This document shows, in pieces, positions 27,754 to 31,250 of a stretch of 31,250 bases of DNA. Source of the stretch: Vulcanimicrobiota bacterium (lineage in GTDB: Bacteria; Vulcanimicrobiota; Vulcanimicrobiia; Vulcanimicrobiales; Vulcanimicrobiaceae). Where the stretch lies: NCBI GenBank assembly GCA_003135555.1, contig PLCF01000019.1, positions 1 through 31,250 of the forward strand. The letters are read 5' to 3'. The notes beneath the pieces are model-generated. The model did no database searches and was not told the DNA's origin. It was given only the letters and a program-made list of their open reading frames with translations. A program made the translations under genes and the position numbers. How positions within the stretch are numbered: the first letter of the stretch is position 1; each line of letters opens with the position of its first letter.

Positions 27754-29262
27754 TCAGTCGTCCGCCAGGCGCTCGACCCGGGTCATGCGATCCTTTTCGA
27801 TCAAGCGACCCAACGTCGAGAACCCGTTCTCGACCTCGCCGAACACCGTGAAGTCGCGACCGAGGTGCAGCTGCGGTGAGAGCGTGATGTAGAACTGCGT
27901 GCCCGCCGAGTCGCGGATCGCGTGCGCGTCAGGCGGATCGGTGTAGTTGAGGCCCATCGAGATGACGCCCGACCGCTGCTCGAGCGGGTTCTCCTCGGCC
28001 GGGATCGTGTATCCGGCGTCGCCCTCGCCGTTGTCGTGCGGATCGCCGGTCTGCACCACGAAGTCCGGCACGATGCGAAACCAGCGCAGGCCGTCGTAGT
28101 AGCCGCGGTCGACGAGGTTGAGAAAATTCGCGACGGTCAACGGCGCCCATTCGGGATAGAGACGCACCACCAGCGTCCCTTTGGTCGTACCGATGCGGAC
28201 GCGCGGATGCGGTCCCGGCATCGGGCCGTTCATCAGCGCACTCGTCGCCGGTTGCAGCGGTAGGTCGAGCCGCGCGTCGGCGGCGAGCGGTTTGCCGGGC
28301 GGCCCCAAGCCGGTCGGCCGCGGCAGCGGCGACTCGGTATTCGCCGGCGCGGGCGCCGGCGTCGCGACCCCGGCCGGGATCGCGGTAAGGTGCTCGGTAC
28401 GTTTGCCGCCGCGCAGCAGCGTGATGCTCTCGCGCACCTGCTCGCGCACGCGCCACGAGGGATCGTGCAGCAACTCCTGCAGCTGGCGCAGGGCCTGCGG
28501 CGTGGCCTTGCGCCGGCCGACGAGGTCGGCGAACGCAATCCGCACCAGTTCGTCGCGATCGTGGAGGCCGGCACGAATCGCGGCCGGCGCGGTGACTGTG
28601 GCGAACGCTCGCCGCAGCGTCCAGGCTTCGTGCCAACGCACGGCACGGTTGCGCTCCCGGGCGAGCGCCGCAGCGATGACCGCTGCGATGCCGGCCGGAC
28701 CGACGTCGTCTTTCCACGCCGAGAGCGCGGTGGCGGCTCGGGCGCGGACGATCGGATCCGTATCCGAGACCAGGCGAGCCAGCAGCGGCGTACCGAGTGC
28801 GGCGGCGCCCGGCCGCTTGGCCGCCATCGCCCGCCAGGCCGCGTCGACGGCGGCGACTCGCACCGCCGCCGCGGTATCGTCGAGCACCTTAGCAACCAAT
28901 GCCGGGTCGATTGGGTACTTAGCTGACAAGAGACCGTACCCGTACACCGCCAGCGCCCGAAGCGAAACGTCCTGGGCAGCGGTAGCGTTCTTTAGGGGCC
29001 CGGCCGCGCGTGGATCTTGGGTTCGCCCCAGCGCCAGCGCCGCTCGCCCCGCCACCCTTCCGTCACCCGACGCAAGCACCGCGGTCAGCTCGTCGGAAAA
29101 CGACCGGGTGCTCTCCAGCTCTACCAATCGCCGGTAACCCGGCTGCTCTCCGGGAGCAGCGGCGACCGGACAGAGGACGACGCCGGCCGCGGCCACGACC
29201 CCCGCGACGGCGATGAGCGCCCGAACCTTGACGTAGACGAAGCCTCGACCGACAACTTCCAT
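27754..29262 (-). CDS. Secreted HEAT-repeat / cyclophilin-type peptidyl-prolyl isomerase
   Basis: Signal peptide, HEAT-like repeats (DTDPIVRARAATAL, DPSWRVREQV), then APLTVANF, FRIVPDFVVQTGDP, GTQFYIT and FTVFG. Confidence 0.88.
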   Translation of the reverse strand: MEVVGRGFVYVKVRALIAVAGVVAAAGVVLCPVAAAPGEQPGYRRLVELESTRSFSDELTAVLASGDGRVAGRAALALGRTQDPRAAGPLKNATAAQDVSLRALAVYGYGLLSAKYPIDPALVAKVLDDTAAAVRVAAVDAAWRAMAAKRPGAAALGTPLLARLVSDTDPIVRARAATALSAWKDDVGPAGIAAVIAAALARERNRAVRWHEAWTLRRAFATVTAPAAIRAGLHDRDELVRIAFADLVGRRKATPQALRQLQELLHDPSWRVREQVRESITLLRGGKRTEHLTAIPAGVATPAPAPANTESPLPRPTGLGPPGKPLAADARLDLPLQPATSALMNGPMPGPHPRVRIGTTKGTLVVRLYPEWAPLTVANFLNLVDRGYYDGLRWFRIVPDFVVQTGDPHDNGEGDAGYTIPAEENPLEQRSGVISMGLNYTDPPDAHAIRDSAGTQFYITLSPQLHLGRDFTVFGEVENGFSTLGRLIEKDRMTRVERLADD

Positions 29263-29320
29263 GGGTTCGCTTACGTTACTGAGATAGGTCGATTTCCTTC
29301 CACGAGGTTCACCCCCACTC

Positions 29321-29659
29321 ATGTCAACCACTCCTGAACGCAAGCCCGGAAGCGGAATGTCCGTCCGCGAAGCCGGCCAAAAAGGCGGCGAGACCGTCAA
29401 GAAAAAATATGGGCCCGAGTTCTATGAGATGATCGGGCGCAAGGGCGGCCAAGCCACCAAGAAAGCCCACGGCCACGCCTTCTACGAAGCCATTGGCAAG
29501 AAGGGCGGCAAGAAGGGCGGCGAGGCGACGCGCGACCGCTACGGTCCCGAATTCTACGAGACGATCGGTCAGAAGGGCGGCCAAAAGGTCAAAGCTCTGA
29601 TCGAACAGGGCAAGAAGGCCGCGGCCGAAGCCGCCGAGGCAGAAAAGAAAGCAAGCTAG
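29321..29659 (+). CDS. General stress protein, GsiB/Em/KGG-repeat hydrophilin
   Basis: MSVREAGQKGGET followed by three G(P/H)(E/A)FYExIGxKGG repeats about 20 aa apart. Confidence 0.9.
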   Translation: MSTTPERKPGSGMSVREAGQKGGETVKKKYGPEFYEMIGRKGGQATKKAHGHAFYEAIGKKGGKKGGEATRDRYGPEFYETIGQKGGQKVKALIEQGKKAAAEAAEAEKKAS

Positions 29660-29663
29660 GAGG

Positions 29664-30275
29664 GTGCCCGGCGTTCGCCGGACGGTCGTCCTCGCGACGG
29701 CTATCCTCCTCTTGAGCAGTGCCTCGTTCGCGACCGCCGACTCCCCACGGCAGCAACACGTCTTGCCGTCGGGAACGGCGGTCGTTTTCGTGACCGATGC
29801 CCCGGTCGACCCCGGCCGGCGCGAGGGCGACGTGGTCGGCGTGCATCTGCGCGACGCCATCATGCTCGACGGTACGGTGCTGGCCGCCGCGGGGACCCGC
29901 GCCCACCTCCTCTACGGCGGCTACACGACGCCCGACGGAAAGCGCCATCCCGCGATCTCGCTCGACCACTTCAGCGTCAATGCGGGCCTGATGCCGGTGC
30001 GGACGGTGGCCCCGGTCGTGCCGCCGCTTCCTTCGGGTGCGCAGATCGATGCCGTCACACTGGCCGACGTCGACCACATCGGCGAGCGCTGGTCGATTCG
30101 CATCCCCTTCCCGTTTCGGCTGACCGGCGATCAGCCGGCCAGCGCGTATACGCCGACCCCGGCGCGCACCGCGCCGCCCAAAGCGCTTATGAAGCCCGAG
30201 CGGCCGACACCCACGCCGACCGCCTCGCCCACCGCGTCGCCGGACGCCGTGGCGACGAAGATACCGGGTTCCTGA
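29664..30275 (+). CDS. Hypothetical secreted protein with Pro/Thr-rich tail
   Basis: Signal-peptide-like N-terminus, beta-rich core and PTPTPTASPT tail; starts 4 nt after the previous stop. Confidence 0.65.
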   Translation: MPGVRRTVVLATAILLLSSASFATADSPRQQHVLPSGTAVVFVTDAPVDPGRREGDVVGVHLRDAIMLDGTVLAAAGTRAHLLYGGYTTPDGKRHPAISLDHFSVNAGLMPVRTVAPVVPPLPSGAQIDAVTLADVDHIGERWSIRIPFPFRLTGDQPASAYTPTPARTAPPKALMKPERPTPTPTASPTASPDAVATKIPGS

Positions 30276-30291
30276 CCGCGAACCGGGGCGC

Positions 30292-31047
30292 ATGATGCGT
30301 CGCCGATGGTCGCTGCTTTTCGCTTGCGCGTTCGCGCTGGCTCCCTTCGCTGCGCAAGCCGTCAGCGCTCAATCGATGCCGATGCCGATGGCCTCGACAG
30401 CCGCGACACCGGCTGCGGCGCCGACGCCGGCGCCGGCGCCCAATCCCGCCGAGGCAGCCTTCCTCAAGAAGGTGATGACCGATCTGCCCCAACGCTTCGC
30501 GACGACGCAAGCGGCCATCAAAGCGGGCTACGTTCGCTTCACCAACGAGGACGAGACGGGCGCGATCAGCTATGCGAACCCGGCACGCTTCAACACGACC
30601 GATCCCGATGCGCCCGCGCAACTCTGGTACGACGTGAACGGGCGGCTGATCGGCGCCGACTTCAGCTCGCGCCGCGACCCCGACGCGTCGCCGGCGCCGA
30701 GTGCGCCGGCGCTGTTCGGGATCGATCCCAAACGCTTCTTCAAGATCGGCGCACACGTGCACTACGTCACCTGCGACCAGGCGACGAAGCGCTGCGTCTA
30801 CGGCAAGGGCGTGGGCGGGAAGAAGTACGCCGACGTAGCCGGCGACCTCGAACATCCGACCGCTGCCGGATTGGTGAAGGTCGGCGCCGTGAAGGACGCG
30901 GCCTCGGTGACCACGGTCTTCTTGTTCCCCGCGATTTTCGACGTCACGGTTTGGCTCGTGCCCAACCCGCTCGGGCAATTCGCCGACAAGAACCCGGCCG
31001 TCAAGCCCAGCCCGCGCGCGGGCAAAGGTGAAGACGACCCGATGTAG
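30292..31047 (+). CDS. Hypothetical secreted protein
   Basis: Signal peptide, Ala/Pro linker, LWYDVNGRLIGADF and VWLVPNPLGQFADKNP; strong GC3 codon bias. Confidence 0.8.
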   Translation: MMRRRWSLLFACAFALAPFAAQAVSAQSMPMPMASTAATPAAAPTPAPAPNPAEAAFLKKVMTDLPQRFATTQAAIKAGYVRFTNEDETGAISYANPARFNTTDPDAPAQLWYDVNGRLIGADFSSRRDPDASPAPSAPALFGIDPKRFFKIGAHVHYVTCDQATKRCVYGKGVGGKKYADVAGDLEHPTAAGLVKVGAVKDAASVTTVFLFPAIFDVTVWLVPNPLGQFADKNPAVKPSPRAGKGEDDPM

Positions 31048-31250
31048 CGTGCCGCGCGCGCGATTCGGCGCCGCGCTGTGCGCGCTCGCCGTCTGCTCGG
31101 GCGCAGCGGCGGGCGCCGGGACCGCGGTCTGCCACGCCGACGGCGCTGCTGGGCCGGCGGGCTTGGGGTCTGGCATACGCGGCAGGGCGTCGTAGGACAC
31201 CGAGCTCGGCCGGGGGGTGTCTTCGGGCGGGGGGACGTACGAGCTCTGCG

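Noticed and set aside
30187..31250. Minus-strand frame open from the right edge (Pro-rich) through to 30187, and a 48-codon plus-strand ORF at 31049
   Set aside because: The minus frame fully overlaps the well-supported 30292-31047 gene and neither has motifs; unresolved without flanking sequence.

Overview
GC-rich bacterial chromosomal window with dense gene content and no integrase, transposase, prophage or CRISPR. The style (stalk-domain secreted proteins, Pro/Ala/Thr linkers) suggests a soil lineage such as Ca. Eremiobacterota; this is inference only. Left to right: a partial SDR, a stalk-domain secreted protein, an orphan RND permease, tRNA-Leu(GAG), and an oxidative-stress block in which katG is divergent from fur-like, msrB, an ECF sigma and a ZAS/DUF4349-like anti-sigma. 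Next comes a peptide-uptake and amino-acid catabolism block: two dppBC-type pairs, two paralogous divergent family-5 SBPs, a GGT-family enzyme, kce, kamB/kamC-like genes and proline dehydrogenase. This block is interrupted by a lower-GC 764-aa gene fusing a degenerate PfkB-like domain to a ClpB-NBD2-like AAA+ ATPase. The right end holds mntP, a receiver protein, a HEAT-cyclophilin, a GsiB/KGG stress protein and two secreted hypotheticals. The best leads are the PfkB-like/AAA+ insert, the dispersed lysine-fermentation genes around peptide import, an in-frame REP-like element in kamC, a CTG start codon and a recurring promoter-like motif. All family calls are by motif recognition; no searches were run.
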